A stretch of 64,000 nucleotides of DNA from Syncephalis fuscata S228. Taxonomy: Eukaryota > Fungi > Zoopagomycota. Both the position numbers and the translations under genes were made by a program. The notes beneath the pieces are model-generated. The model worked only from the letters and a program-made list of their open reading frames with translations. It did no database searches and was not told where the DNA came from. Shown here in pieces: positions 12,209-32,899 of the stretch; the stretch's first letter is position 1, and each line of letters opens with the position of its first letter. The DNA lies in assembly GCA_025786725.1 (NCBI GenBank), contig JAHLTZ010000017.1:372001-436000 (forward strand). The letters run 5' to 3'.

Positions 12209-13206
12209 GGCCAAAATAAAAGAGTCTATATTTGGTATTAGCCAAGTAGGTGTTTGTTAGCTTTCTTCCTATTCCGCATTATCCCGCCTTGTTACAAAAA
12301 GTCAACTAATTCTGCCTCGTTGCCATCGCCGATAGTGAATAATACGTGTTGGTGACGGCATTAAGCCCAATGAAACGCATACAGTCGACCATACACTGTC
12401 TGGACGATAGCTGACAAGCTCGCATGAACATTGCACTTCATCCACGAGTAGAATCCAGTTGCAGCCTCCAGATAGGGACTTACCACGAATGTGTACAATA
12501 GATTATGGCTGTAACAATGGTGTTATGGCTCTTGTAGGTCTGTCTACACACGAAGAAGGTATAAAGGTGAGACGAATAGTTTTGATAGCATATGCACTAG
12601 CAACAGGCTAGCTGCACTGCGCCAATAGTCGAGACTGACACCTATCGTTTAGATACCTACCAAAGTAGTACTAGCCAACTGGAAAGTAGAGGGCAGCTTG
12701 TGGCCAGTGCTAGCGTTGCCTACTTGCAAACAAATAGACAATAAAATAGTAATAGATATCAAAGCAGTGTGGCCAGGAGTAATGTAGGAAATAATAAGAA
12801 TTTACGCAAGTTGAATTAGTAAACAAGGTGCGTCTTTGCTGTACCGTAGCATAGACCAGAGGCACAAAGTAAAGTAGAAGGTGTAGACGCGGAAAGCAAG
12901 CAAAGGGAAAAAAGCCTAGTGGGCGCAGGTGGTGGAGGAAGAAGGAGAAACAAAATACCACTCTCATCGTCTTTCTTATCACAACACCTCTCATTCACTC
13001 ACTGTGTGTGTGTATATGTGTGGGCACATTAGATCACTCGTCACAGATCAACTTATAGTGTAAAGTGTAGTATTTAAGTGAACTTAAAAATAGATTCATC
13101 ACTAATTTAAGATTTTTTTCTTTTTTTCCCTTCAGTTTCAATCATTAAACTCGTCAGTCACGCCGTGGTATAGATTGCATTGTGTATACCGCTTTTACTT
13201 GCTAGC

Positions 13207-14880
13207 ATGACCGATTATATACCTGGACAGTTAAGTTCGCTGTTTGCCAGTAACAATGGCAGTGGTAATACTTTATTGCCAGCTGCTTTGAACAATAAGA
13301 ATGTTGCGAGTGCCGAGCCCAGCACCAGTGATAAAAAAGCCAAACGAGCACGTAAAAGCAAAACTGGCAATACAAACTCCGTGGATACGGCTACAGTGCA
13401 AAGCAGTATGAACTCGACGTTGGTTGCTTTGTTTGACAATAGTGTAAGAATAAATGAACTAAAACGGCTAATATATCAAGTATCTAATACAATATTGATA
13501 GATACGAGCAGAAAAGACAACAACCATCACTAAAACTACTACCTCGGCCACTGTTTCAACTAGCGTGGCCAAGTCAGAGAAGACGACTGACCATGATAAT
13601 GACGTTGTTATGACGGATAAGAAACAGCCAAAGAGACAAAAGAACAAAGCGATGGTTGAACAGAAAATGGCCCAGCCTCAAAAGAAACGGAAACAAGATG
13701 CTTCTAATGATGTTGAAGAAAAGTTTGAAAAAATGATTCGTGCCCGTGCACTAGCTGCTATGAAAGAAGATAGTACGCATAGCATAGTACCAACAACTGA
13801 AGATAAAATGGAAATTGAAAATGAAGAAGCGCACTTATCGAACGATTCAGATGATAGCGATTCGGATGATAATACAGACACGGATGAACAACAATTGAAA
13901 CGACCACGTAAGAAGGACAAAGTACAGAATGCTTCACGTGACGACGATCCAGCTCGTTTGGTTCGTACCGTATTTATTGGCAATCTACCAACATCTGTGT
14001 TGAACAAGGTAAGTATCAGATATCATAAATAATTAATTAATATATTAATATCAATAAACGAGTTTATTAGACCGAATACCGATCATTAAAAAAGCATTTT
14101 ACTGAGTATGGTAAAATTGAAGCTATTCGATTCCGTTCTATTGTAAGTAACTGGTATTAGAATAGTAAAGCAACATTTGTTAATTTATGTATATTATAAT
14201 ATATATATATAATAGGCATTCTCTCGACCATTGGCACGTCGCATTGCATTTGTCTCAAAGCAACTGCACAAGGAGCGTGACACGCTGAATGCCTACATGG
14301 TGTTTGATAACGAGGCATCGGCACACGCTGCATTAGCGGCCAATGGCACAGTACTACTTGAACACCACCTGCGTGTAGATCGTGCGACGGGTGCAAACCA
14401 TTTTGACCGGAAACGCTGTGTATTCGTCGGTAATCTATCGTTTGATGCACATGAAGAGTCGCTGTGGCGCCACTTCAACGATTGTGGCCGTATTGTGAAT
14501 GTACGCATGGTACGCGACCGTAAATCAAATGTTGGTAAAGGCTTTGCCTATGTAGCCTTTGAGGACAAGTCGGCCGTTGGTCTGGCAATGCGTCTACACC
14601 AAAGCCGTTTAGGCGAACGCACGATCCGTGTCCAACGCTGTCTAGATACTCGACACCAAAATGGTGCACCGAATAAGGGTCAAGCCGCTGGTAGTGAGGT
14701 AAGCACAAGTAAATTGATTAAGAATAGTATACTAACCATTGCATTGAATAGTCGGCTGGTGCAGCATTCGAAGGTGAACGAGCGGTTAAAGGCAAGCCAG
14801 TTAAGCTACAAACAAAACGACGCTCTAATAACCGTACACGCGGTAAATCCACGTCGAAACCATCTAAACCATCCAAATAA
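13207..14880 (+). CDS. NOP12: Nucleolar two-RRM protein NOP12/RBM34
   Basis: RTVFIGNLP, IEAIRFRSIAFS, NAYMVF, HHLRVDR, CVFVGNL, GKGFAYVAF and the C-terminal AFEGERA motif; four GT-AG introns. Confidence 0.88.
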
Positions 14881-15609
14881 CCAACCAGCTATTTTCTTTT
14901 ATTTAATCTATTTGATTCTTTATAATAAAAGCTACTCCTTTTCTTGCCATTCCACATGTTATACATCTTTTATCCTTTAGCACCTATACTATTTTGTCTT
15001 TCATGGCTTGGTGTTCGATAAGACGGCCACTATAGACACCAATAAAAATACCAACATTGACCAAGGCCAATCAGATGAAAGCAGCATGGAGAGACCGCAT
15101 GGCCCATGACAATACCTATGCTTATCATCGTACATTAGTCGCCATAGCAACTCTACACATTATTTTAATGGTATTAGCATGATAATGTAATAAATGTATA
15201 GTATTTATTGTACCAACAATAACAACTGTAATAGTTACATCATTTGCCATGATTATTTCAAATCATTGCAGTGTTACACGCATATTTAACACATGCACCA
15301 TTTATGGATATGCGTGGAGGGAAATACTTGGACGGAAAAAGGGAACACTTGACATCTACACTCAGATAGTAGCAATACATCCATCCATACACACGCACAC
15401 GCACACCCACACATACACACACTTGTACACATCTATAGATAGACACGTTGAATAAGTGAACCTGTGTCCTCCTTTCCTTTTTGTTCTTTCCTGTTATTTC
15501 GTCATCTCGAACTAGTTTATACTACCTTTCTACTTTTCACTTTATCGTATATAGTATATAATATTGTGTACGCGTATAGTTTATAACAATAGTAAATATC
15601 CATTCCACG

Positions 15610-16937
15610 ATGACTGAGACTGCTATTGCTACTACCGCAGTGGATGCCACGCCAACCAAGGCCGACTTGGTGGAACCTAGTGTTGCGGTAGAAACACCGG
15701 CAATAGTAACTACCGCTGACGAGAGCATTCCAGTATCACCGGCGGTCGTTATTGTGGAGGATATAACGACAGGTGATTCGTCTACTGTAGCGACCGATAC
15801 TCAAAAGACAGTTGAAGTAACGGGTCAGGATACGCTACAGGTTGTTAAAGATGCTAATGCGGAGCCGCGGAGCTCATTTGATGATTTGATTGGTAAATTT
15901 GATACATTCCGTCAAAAATTACGCGATGGCACACTTAATATTGAAGATCAGGTAGGTAAAACAGATTAAATAATACAATATGTTATTGATGGTTAATTAT
16001 TGATTACTAATTAAATGGCTGTAATTGATATTAGGATGCATTTAAAGAGTTGCGTGATTTATCAACTAATAGTGCCGATGGTGATGATACAATGGGAGAT
16101 GAGCATGATTCAATAAAAGGTAATGGACGCAAGAATAAATATGATCACGGACAGCAACAGCGCTGGAGTATCCGTAAATCAATTCGTTCATTTTGGCGTG
16201 GAGATCGATCAGTATCCGATGAGGGTAAGTCATTACCACCACCGTTAGTTATGCTTCGTACGCGTCGCGCCTCTATGGGATCGGATATGTTACGGGCCGA
16301 TTCCATAACTACTGCTCTTGCTGCTACTACTGCTATTGCTGCTGCCTCCACTGCCACTATTGCTATTGACACTACTACTACTACTGCTGCTGCTGCTGCT
16401 ATTGCTATTCCTACTGTTATTGCTATTAATACTTCTAATATTGATAAGATGGATGGGTCTGCTCCATTAAGTGCTCCTATTTTGACATCGAATAGTATGT
16501 TTGATATGATTTCTAATGCTGTACCTTCTCTACCACCTATTGCGGTGTGTAATCCCGCAGATATATCTGACGCTATTCTAGTCGCATCTCCTATTGTCCC
16601 CACTTCTGTACCAACTCATGATATAGAAACTCCATCCGTTGAGGCGACATCACCAACTAATGATTCTGTTCCTTCTGAACTAGCTGCCACCACCACCACC
16701 ACTATCGTAAGAAATAGTAGTAGCAATGATACACAGGCCAATACACTTACGGAAGACAAAGTATCAATGGAACGGACAAGTACCAAGGAAACGAAAGAAG
16801 ATAAACGCCGTTCTAAAGGTTGGAAAGCTTGGATGTTTTGGCAGGCAGAAACGACAACACCAGCAGCGACAACACCGGCAGAAACAACACCAGTATCTAA
16901 TACGACTCTAACTACCACCACTGCTGCAGCATTTTAA
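15610..16937 (+). CDS. Hypothetical low-complexity Thr/Ala/Ser-rich protein
   Basis: Two ORFs joined by intron 15952-16034 (GTAGGT...TTAG); no recognisable domain. Confidence 0.6.
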
Positions 16938-17389
16938 TTAGAGATAATTTATATTTCTACTGTTTATCCATTTAGTATCTATTATCTCCAGTCTTTCCAT
17001 TAATATTATGGCCATTCAAGATTACGCGTTTATTAACGTATTATTGCTTTAAAGCGCTTTTTCTATCCAAGTTACTTTTGAATTTATTCACTATTGTCAC
17101 TCAGACACTGGTCTGTCGAATTGACAATGATTTAATACTTGCGAATTAAATTTAATAAATTGCGCTTTATTGGCATATGGATTATTAGTATTTATTAGCG
17201 GGTTGTTATAAAGTTATTATAAAAATTAAGATTGTTTTTGATATTTTTAGTAAATGGCTTAATTAAATTAAATTTTTTTATGAATTTGCTTCTATAGATT
17301 GTCGTTGATTCTTTTTCTTCTTTATCGCTATTGAAGATTTACGTTTGACCAACCAACTATTGTTAAAGTTAACGCTATTGTCGACGAGT

Positions 17390-23217
<5,828 letters not shown>

Positions 23218-23230
23218 ACGTTCTATTCGT

Positions 23231-24691
23231 TTACAGATGTGCTAAATGTTGGTCAAATACTCGGCCAATATGTATTAACATGTCCGACGTTTGCGTGGCT
23301 CGTCCATGCTCTTTAAACGCCTCGTGAGCACAGGAACGAATGAGCCAACAACCGGCATAGCACGCAAGCGGTATTAATTCGTGAGAATCAATTCGGTGAT
23401 CGTGTCTATGATATCATTAATAAATAACAATCTATATTTTGTGTCTATTAATGAATTGAATGTTAAATACTTACTTCCATACTTGACGTTCATACGCCTC
23501 AGTCCAGGCGATGAATGTAGCAATTAATCCACTTAGAATATCGCCTTGACCTCCACATCGCTTTAAACTGCCATTAACATCACATTGAAATACAACGGGT
23601 GACCGAACAATAATATCTGATGCACCTTTCTGTACAATAGTCACACCACCAAGTCGCTGGCATAGTTCTTCAGCTGCTCGAGTAGATGTCTTTTCACTAA
23701 TAGCAATATCCTATATATTTATAATAAACGATCTAATTAGTCAATTTTATATATTGACTGCTTAATCGACTTGCCATTGCTTTGCATAATCGTTGGAATT
23801 CAACGACATTAGGTGTAAGTACAGCTTTTGTATAGCCACGAATGATATCTGGCTGTTTCTGTACCAAGTAAAGACCATCTGCATCAATGACAATAGGTAG
23901 ACCACGTTCACGAGCCATAATAATAGTCTCATGGGCTGCTTGTTGCATATGACTATCCCGGGATAGACCAGGACCTATAACTAGGACGTGTAAGCGGGCC
24001 AATAAACTTGCAATTCGTTCTTTAGTTGTATCGGCAAGTTCAGTTGGTGCATTGGATCTATAGAATGTACTGAAATTAATAAAAATTATACTATTACTGT
24101 TGCCATTACTTTGTACGTATTAATGGATGAACAATAAGATCTAATATTCTTGTTAATTAAGCATTGTTAAAATAAATTAATAAAATACTGACCGGGTGAG
24201 TAACTCTACTAAAATAGATTAATAAATATTAATAATTTATTAGTAAATCTTACTTTAATGGCTGTGGCAGCACTCGGTTCACAAATGATATGGGCCAGAT
24301 CAGCTCCCTAGCAATAATATACCGGTAAATAAAGCTAACTAAAATGTACTATAAGCTGTATATTAGCCTGTCTACTTGCCAGTTTCATTGCCGAAATTGC
24401 ACTAAAGAAAGGCGCACCTGTATATCTAATCATAATAGATAGATAGATAGATAGATAGATAGATGGATAGATAGATGGATATTATTAGTATTGCTGTTAA
24501 ATTAAGTGCAACTATAACTTGTATAGACTTACTCTTCTGAACCACCAATAACACCAATACGCCCTATTAGAAATATACCACTATTAAATACACCGGTTAT
24601 ATCGTTTAAACAACCTACCCGCTTGTCCTTTGTGCATAGTTGGACTTAGTGGTGGAATGAAGTGACGAATCCTGTCTAATAGTGCACGCAT
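23231..24691 (-). CDS. NAXD: ATP-dependent (S)-NAD(P)H-hydrate dehydratase (NAXD/Nnr2)
   Basis: [55 protein letters not shown] and KRCGGQGDILSG; includes a 13-nt exon at 24193-24205. Confidence 0.92.
24437..24480 (+). repeat. (GATA)n microsatellite in a NAXD intron
   Basis: agatagatagat run with occasional ggat. Confidence 0.85.
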
Positions 24692-25126
24692 AATGACTTA
24701 TAAACAATATGGCTAGTCAATGGTACGTAGACTACGTGTAGAACAGAAAAAGAGTGTTGTCAAAGTATTCATCACTTTATGAGCAATTATTTCAAGTAAT
24801 ATCATCATCAGATGGTGACGTCACATTGGGTACAATTATAGCAAATCAGTTTAAAAATAAATGACTAATAACACATTATAAATATTGTTCAACATTAAAA
24901 CACTTGCACAATAATGTGAAGACTAACTAAAAACATTTCTTTGACTGCAACTGTTAATCTGTTGTAAAAGAAAACGGATTGCCATCGTGTTCGTAAGTCG
25001 CGGCTATCTATCACCACCACACGACCACGGCCAGTCGATAGCCAACATGAGGACGCATTGTTGTAGGGATTACTGTGACGGAAAGGATTTACAAAAACCA
25101 ACTTGTCATCGTCAATTTCAGTGAAT

Positions 25127-27179
25127 CTATATGCTATATATATATAAAATAGAAAATACATTATAAGTATAATCTATTGAGTAGCAAGTAATGTTTAACT
25201 TACGCGCTAAAAGAATAAATGCCATGGATACATTATTATCGTGAATAATAATAGCACTCATTAGTTTACTCTTTTTAAAAATGAACTTATACTTACGTAA
25301 AAATGAAAAGATTATTAGTGGCGGCTACGGCAATGGAATCTTCTCTTGGGTGCCAGGACGCATGCATAATCTTCTTACTGAAATCGATCGTGTCAACATT
25401 ATAGTCATCGGGACGACGACCGGCACGTGGACCGCCATTGCGTCCGCCGCGATTCGTAGTGCTGCCCACACGTTTTGCCTTGAATGCACTCTTGTCAGCT
25501 TGTAGCATTACATCGGGCAATTCCTGATTCGTATCGTAGATGTGGAAATAGTTATCGTAGGAACCGGTCATGACAGAGCGACCATCACCGCTGAATATAC
25601 ATTCAAACTTGTCGAAAATACAGTCGTTTTCATAGAGATCGCACAGCTTGTTGCGCAGATGCTCGTGGATATTAATCGTCTTGACCGGCTTCGTTTCCAT
25701 ATTGATATCCCAGATTTTTAGCGTTAAATAGTCTCGTGAAAGAATATAACGGCCATCGGCACTGAACCGTACATCGGAAATGGAAGAAATGATTTCAGAG
25801 AAAAATGATTTGTTCGATGGGTCTTCCTCTTCTTCAAACACTATATATATATACATACAAAGGTATATAGATTGATGTAATCGTTAGCATAGGGTCAACA
25901 AACAGCTCTGTTGCATCCATCAAACTAATCCGGTACTTACACTTGGCATGTTGATCACAGAGTGCGGCTGCACGCATATCACCCAACTTGACCGTGCCCT
26001 TACTGCTGCTATACATAAACAGATTACATTGAAGCGGATGGAACTCTGCGGCGGTGATCACCTCCGTAAGCTCTTCCATATTTACAGGCTTAATATCGAC
26101 AATGTTAAAGCTTTGGTCGCTAATGTTAAGATTCCATAAATTAATACGTAAATCATCGGCAGAAATATAGGTTTCTCCGTCAGAATTAATAGAAATAGAG
26201 TTGATGTGGTAGGCGTGTGCATTGGCATAAGTTCGGCGCGGAGCAGCGGCAATAATCGTATCATGTATTGTTGTTCTAGGTAGGCGAAGTTGCATAGAAG
26301 ACGCTGGCGGTGCATGCGTACCATTGCCAAGATTATTTTCCGAAACGACCTTGATAGATTTTTCATACACTTTCCAAAGCTTTATCGTCTTGTCTAATGA
26401 ATAGCAATGGCAATAGTAGTGGCAATAGTAATGGCAATAATAACCAGATCACCATTATTAATATAATTAGTCAATTGACTAGCTAAAAGTCTTTCTATGG
26501 TCTAAACCACGTAAATTGATGAATAAACGCGCGTAACTTACCATTGGTTGAGAGTAAAAAGTGGGCCGAGTTTTGTCGTCTACACCATTTAATCTTATTA
26601 ATCTTTTCCTCAATTTCCAAACTCTTTAAATAGTCAAACTCTGGCTCGTGTGATTGAAATTCTGTGTAGAATTTGTACTCGCAGCCCTTTTTCTATTATA
26701 AACATTGATGTGTTAATTAATGCCACAGACCAATGTTAATAACACAAACAACAATAACAATAACAATAAAACAATGCCACTAATAATAGTAACAGCCATT
26801 ATCGTGTCATTATTTGTCTATGGTCACTTACACCTTCATTGCGTTCAAACAACACTACACGGCCACCCTTGTCGCCGGTTGCAAGGTAATCGCCTGTATG
26901 ATCAAATTCGACCGTGGAAATAATATCCGCTAAACAAAAACACGTATATCGTTATTAATCAGCACTAATCTATTGAGTGGCATCGTAATAATGCACGTAT
27001 CCAATACCCGTGCAAATACACCAAATAAAGACCCCCAGTTATTCCGCTATTAGCGCTTATAGCGCCTAGGCAGCCACGTCATCCGCCAGGGATACACCCT
27101 TACCTTCAGTTATTTCGTCGACATCTCCTTTGTCGCCGAAACACTGGGCAAATCGCCAGCTGTTATCGACTTCGGCCAT
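25127..27179 (-). CDS. CDC55: PP2A regulatory B subunit B55 (Cdc55/Pab1)
   Basis: [46 protein letters not shown] and [15 protein letters not shown]; C-terminus NNLFIFTAI* obtained via a 3-nt exon at 25206-25204. Confidence 0.95.
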
Positions 27180-27724
27180 TGCGGTGGTGGTGGTGGTGGT
27201 GGTGGGTGGTAGTAATAGTAGTTGTAGTAGTAGTTGTAGATGACAACAAAACCTCGATTGAAATAAAGGTGAAAAGCACTACAAGTAGCAATACGCTGTA
27301 GATTTAAAACGAAAGGAAGATGACAACAGCAGCAGTGAAGGTGTTCGTGATGAAGTAGGTGCAAAGAAGAAAGAAGTAGAAAGAAAGGCACTTTGGTGGT
27401 CGGTTGGCTGTAAGGTGAAGAATGATGTGGTGACGAAGCCAAGTTGAGCGATCATATGGTCAACACGACAATAACAACAATAACGATGTTTAATAGTAAT
27501 AACTGTTAACCAATAGTAATAGAATGGTTGTAGTTATAATATTAATAGCGACTAAGAACGCGGTTTACTACTGCTGCTGCCACTGCTACTACTACTACTA
27601 CTACTACTACTTGGCACGACAACTATCGCCGCATAGTATTACGGTATTTACTCTATTAAGACTAATAAGTGTCTTTAAAGTTTAGTCGTTTCTTTTACAC
27701 TTCTTCACATTTGTTTGTACGTTT

Positions 27725-30700
27725 ATGTCAACTGTATTTCATAACGTGTTTTTATCGTCAGTAGACGACCGAGATCCACGTGTGCGTCGGGTAAGCATAT
27801 TTATTATTATTCAAAAGCTTGTCTATAACTATAGTTCGTGCTATGTAGCATGCACTTGATGCATTGCGGCGATACCAAGCAGCAGGCGGCGATATCGGTA
27901 AACAAGTCTATGAGCGGTGCAATTTACTACTGCAACTCGACGAGGAGGAAAGCGTCCGACTAGCGGCCCTTACCAATATTAGGTAGCTTGATAGCTAGTT
28001 GACTAGCTGGTTACTCGCTCACTTACTGACGATGCCATATAATGATATGTTTATTATGTATTCCTATAATATTAATAATGTTGTTAATAATAAATAGCGC
28101 GTTTGCTTTTACGTCCAGTGTACCGTTGACACCTTATGTACGCGAAGAGGTGTTTATAGCCATTTGTGACGCGGCCAACGATGCCATGCCCTCGGTTCGT
28201 GAACAGGTCAGTAATGGTAGTGAATGGATGAATGGATGGGTTGGTGGTTCTGGATCATCACAATGGCACGCTGAACATAGGCTGTCATCACACAATGGCC
28301 ACAATAGCACTTTTAATGAGCGAATATTGTCGTCATTCTATTAATGCTGCTGCTATCTAGATATGTCGGCTATTGGGCTATTTCCACGATGTAGATACGG
28401 CTCTATTGTTACAAACACTCTATAAAACGATGCGTTCTGGCCTATCACGGAAACGGGTACCCGCATCTGCTTGTGGTGCATTTGTACATGGTTTGGAAGA
28501 TGAATTTGAAGAAGTACGACGGGCAGCCATTGGTGCGTTTTCTTTTATAGTCGCATGCTGATTGGCTTATTGTTCATGTATACACAACACATGCTTGCAC
28601 AAGTTTAGATTCCATTTGTAAATTGTCACTAGCTTGTAAACCATTTGCTAGCGAAGCAATTAAATCGCTTCTTGGTAAGTAGAGTGAATAGCTAGAGGAG
28701 TAGTTGAATAAGGGCAACAACACTGATATATACTATGATTAATGTATATAATAGATATGGTCAATGATGAGAATGATGCTGTACGATTAAGAGCTATTCG
28801 AGCACTCAAGGCAATTGGACACTACACGGTATTTCTATGAATAAGGACCGTGTACGTGTTTGCTTGGGTCTACTTGATGATCCGGAGCATAATGTACGAA
28901 TAGCAACTCATGCTATGTTAAAGTAAGTTAAAACATAACAAGTTATAATAGTAATAACAATATTACTATTATTAATATTCGTGTTAATAGATATGCACGA
29001 TTTGAAAATATTAGTCAAGAAATACATGAATTTATTAATGATTTACTGGCTAAATTGGAACATTGGCCTGCAGATCAGTTGGCAGCTTGTAGAATGTTTG
29101 GAGAAATTGGCAAATCACATGCATTTGAATTAGGTTGGCTGTTATTATTATACTGTATTAATCAACTCACTATTTAATTATCACTAGTTGGTACACGAAA
29201 TGAACTGCTTGGTCACCAAGAGGGTGTTGCACCCGCTGAGAAGCCATTACTTGGTACAGCTGGTAATATATATGATTATTGGTAATAGTATATAGACTCA
29301 TTCTAGATAGATATATTCTTGCTATGTATTCTATTTAATGCGGCTACAAAGGCGCCACAATTACTTAATGGCCTGTCAAATGCTATGTTCCGGCATTATA
29401 TGCTTATTCGAGATACGCATCCCAAGTGCATGCCATCCATTCTGGTAAGCTAGTACTTTATTAATAGAATGATATGTTAAGTAGATTGCTTGTTATAGTC
29501 ATTTCCTGAAACAGCTGAATTGCCCCGATCATTGCTAATGGAACGGCGATTATCACTTTGTCAAGGAGGCAAGTTGTTGTAACACTATACAATATGCAGT
29601 AGATTATTCATACGATATTTATAGATGAATTGGATGAGGATCCAACACGATTTGAACATCATATTGCCGATAAAATGCGATCTATTCTGATTGTTTATTA
29701 TTGCAAGATGATACAACTCAAGCTAGATATACAAAAGCATTATTTAGGTAGGTAGTCTTTGACTTGAAAATAATTATTTACCTATATATTATTCTAGTCC
29801 ATTTAATATTAACGAAAAGTCAGAAATGGTCTTGCAAAATGATCGATATCATATTAATTATAATGGATTAGCGTATATGTTATACAATTTATTAAGATTG
29901 TTGATAGAGGCAAGTAGCTAGTAGTAATTAAATGTTGATTATAATAATTGTATTATACGTTATAGTTTTATCAAAGCAGAAATGTGCCACCCAATTATCA
30001 CCACGATCCATTTAATCAACCGATGGCGGCATTGCTATTGTATTGCTATCGAATAGAATATCTGTTTTCTGGATATGACATTGAATTTAAACAATTTCTA
30101 ATGACCATTCGACAAATAGCCCGTCAATGGACATTGTTAGCAATACACAAAAAGCAAGTAAATTAGCTACTTGTACTATCTGCCAACTAATAACTATCTA
30201 GCCATTCTATTAGTGATCAGTCTCAACTACTACTGGAGCAGTTAGAAAAGTACTCGCAATGGTTAAATAGGTAAATATATTTATTATTTTAATTGTTTGT
30301 TAACGCAATTGTTTATGATAAACAAATGGCGATAGTGAATCAATAGATTTACTTAAATCATCAATTGAGAATTGTGATTACAATACGATTGAAACTATAC
30401 TTGATAAATGTACTTATCAGGTGTGTAACTATCAATCCATCAAACGACCATTACTAATGATATGTTACAGTCAATACAGCCATTTACACTGAGTGGTCTA
30501 CTTCATCAAGTATCGGCAACTATTTTACAGCCAACTCGAAACTACGAGAAACCTATATCATTTATCGATAAATTTCCACTTTCTATTACAGTTAAAGCAC
30601 AAATCTATGGTCTGGTAGATAGTGATCACGTAGCCGTCGTTGTACAATGGCCCGACCAAACAGTACAGTTTTATTGGCCAGCCCAGGAGCATTTTAGCAC

Positions 30701-31034
30701 ACAAGGCCGCGACCACTATCTACTCGAAACAACATTGCCACTATCTACACGGTCGTGGTCAGGTAAGTGGCTCATTAATATAGCTAGGCTAAATATTAAT
30801 CGATTACAATAAATTATAGAATCACATTATATCGAAATTGCTATTGTCCGGTGTCTAACATCATGTACTGAGCTCGATTTTGACACTGCACTTATTGCTT
30901 CACAGCCAAAAGAGAATCTAGCACAGGGAGAAATACTAATTGAATCAGGACATGCAAAGAGTCGGCAATGGATGATTTGTATCTCTTCATCTGTACACTT
31001 TTACATCTGGCCTCAACAAAAGATTAAAGCATAA
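27725..31034 (+). CDS. INTS4: Integrator complex subunit 4-like HEAT-repeat protein
   Basis: DDRDPRVRR, SACGAFVHGLEDEFEEVRRAAIDSICKL and DMVNDENDAVRLRAI match hallmark INTS4 motifs; C-terminal beta-rich domain. Confidence 0.75.
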
Positions 31035-31089
31035 TACTCGCTTTTATTATGATTGCTTAAACTAGTCTTTTATTTTCTCTTTAATCAAA

Positions 31090-32899
31090 TCAAACCAAAT
31101 GAATACACGAGTTTAATAATCCTCGTGCATTTCCATTTGTAGTCGTGTGTTTGATAATGGCCATTGATAAACTGGGTTCTAGAATATAATGTTATTACTA
31201 CCAATGATTAATCTATTTGTATATATTTACCTTCAAATATTACTTGGGCTCGATAGTAATAATCGAGCATTGACATGGTCTCTGTAACAGTAAAGTTGTT
31301 GATCGGGAATCGAAGTAGACGAGTTGGTGCATTATCTGCATCCACGGGCATTGATTGACCCATTCGAGCATCACGTAATGACATGGCACCGATAGTTAAT
31401 CCATGTTTCTATTTGTAGCATGTCAAGTTAATTGTAAATATTACTCGTAATAGCTTACCAAAATACGAGATCCATTAAATAGATCAACTAATGGCTTTAT
31501 CAAGTGCAGTTCATGTGGCATTAATTGACTACCATCAGAATGATGATAATCGGCTTTGGTGTAGAAAACGTTAACTTGGTCAACGGCCACTAATACTGGT
31601 GTTCTAATCCAGAGTTAATAATAATAACATTATAATATAACCACTTACGATGTTTGACTGGTTAGTTCGTCAATTAATGCTGTCCAAATGACAGGTGTCA
31701 TTGCTTCATTTGAAATGCCCTCATCAATCAATTGCAATAATGTGTTTTGTTTGGACAAATTTATCTTGCCTAACGAATAATCTTTTGATAATTTTAACTA
31801 TTTAAATATAAGTAAATAGCTACTAATACTAGTTTGTAAACTTTACCTCGTTAATATTTGAATGGTTCATCTGTTTAAAGTGCTTTAATACTGATTGAAT
31901 AAGACTGGTCTGTTTATATGATACTGGATTAGTGTCTTCCATTGGTGTATAGGCTGTACTGCCATTAACCCATGAAATGGCTATTTGCAATCATAAGTTA
32001 CACTATAAGCTAATGGTAAAATGTATTCAATAACTCACCATTGGGAACATAAAGAACGAGCCATTTGTGTGACAAGCAGTGGCTGACAGTTTGTAGCAAT
32101 GTAGCACTTTTACCAGCACCTGCTTCTCCAGCTATCAATTTATTACATGTTATTATCAAAATCTCATATTAATTATCTATTACATACTTAGAAGAACACG
32201 GAGACTAGTGTCGGTTGTTTTTTGGGTGGCATCGGCTAATTGCAATGCTTTAAATGTTGATTCGCGTACCATCAATGCATCGTTATAGGTGGTATTAAAC
32301 TAATTAATGTATTATTAATTAAACAATATTATAATACGTTGATCAGTTAACTAGTGCTTACATCTTTGCCAAGGTCTTTAGGATATCCATGAGGTGGATT
32401 GAGAAGTGCAGTAATATTCTGAGGTATACGCATAACTTCATTTGTTTCCTGTAGATTCAAAAATTCCTATAACATACCAAATCACTAATAAATACCGAAT
32501 TATACAATGTGTATAGTCTGTAAACCTACTGGTTGGAATTCCCGCAGCGCAATAGTAGGTGCTTCAACACTAATTTCTACGCGTTTGACAGAGGGCGCGT
32601 CAAATGCTGGCTAGAGCACCGCATACCAATATTAATATTTAAACAGAATTCCAGTATAGACTACCTTTGATTGTGGGCCCTTTCGTTTGATCTTAAATGA
32701 TTTCGAAACTGTCTTTGTGTTTTTTACTTTGATAGCCTTGGTTAGTAGATGGAAGGCTGAGTTGGCGCTGTATAAAGCAAATACCTTTTGCCGCCATAAA
32801 TCGTCGTGTTGTATAAGGTAATGCCCGATCAACGTGATGAATGCAGGCCCCTTGCCTGATCACGCTTGCGCGTTTAGCAACAAACCGCAAGCCAAGCAT
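31090..32899 (-). CDS. RSM23: Mitochondrial small ribosomal subunit protein mS29 (DAP3/Rsm23)
   Basis: Basic presequence, ALMVRE, P-loop LLTGEAGAGKS, PVLVAVDQVN and the C-terminal NGNARGL. Confidence 0.85.

Noticed and set aside
8511-16921. Overlapping opposite-strand ORFs on the Sds3-like, NOP12 and hypothetical genes
   Set aside because: Shadows of low-complexity coding sequence, with no motifs.
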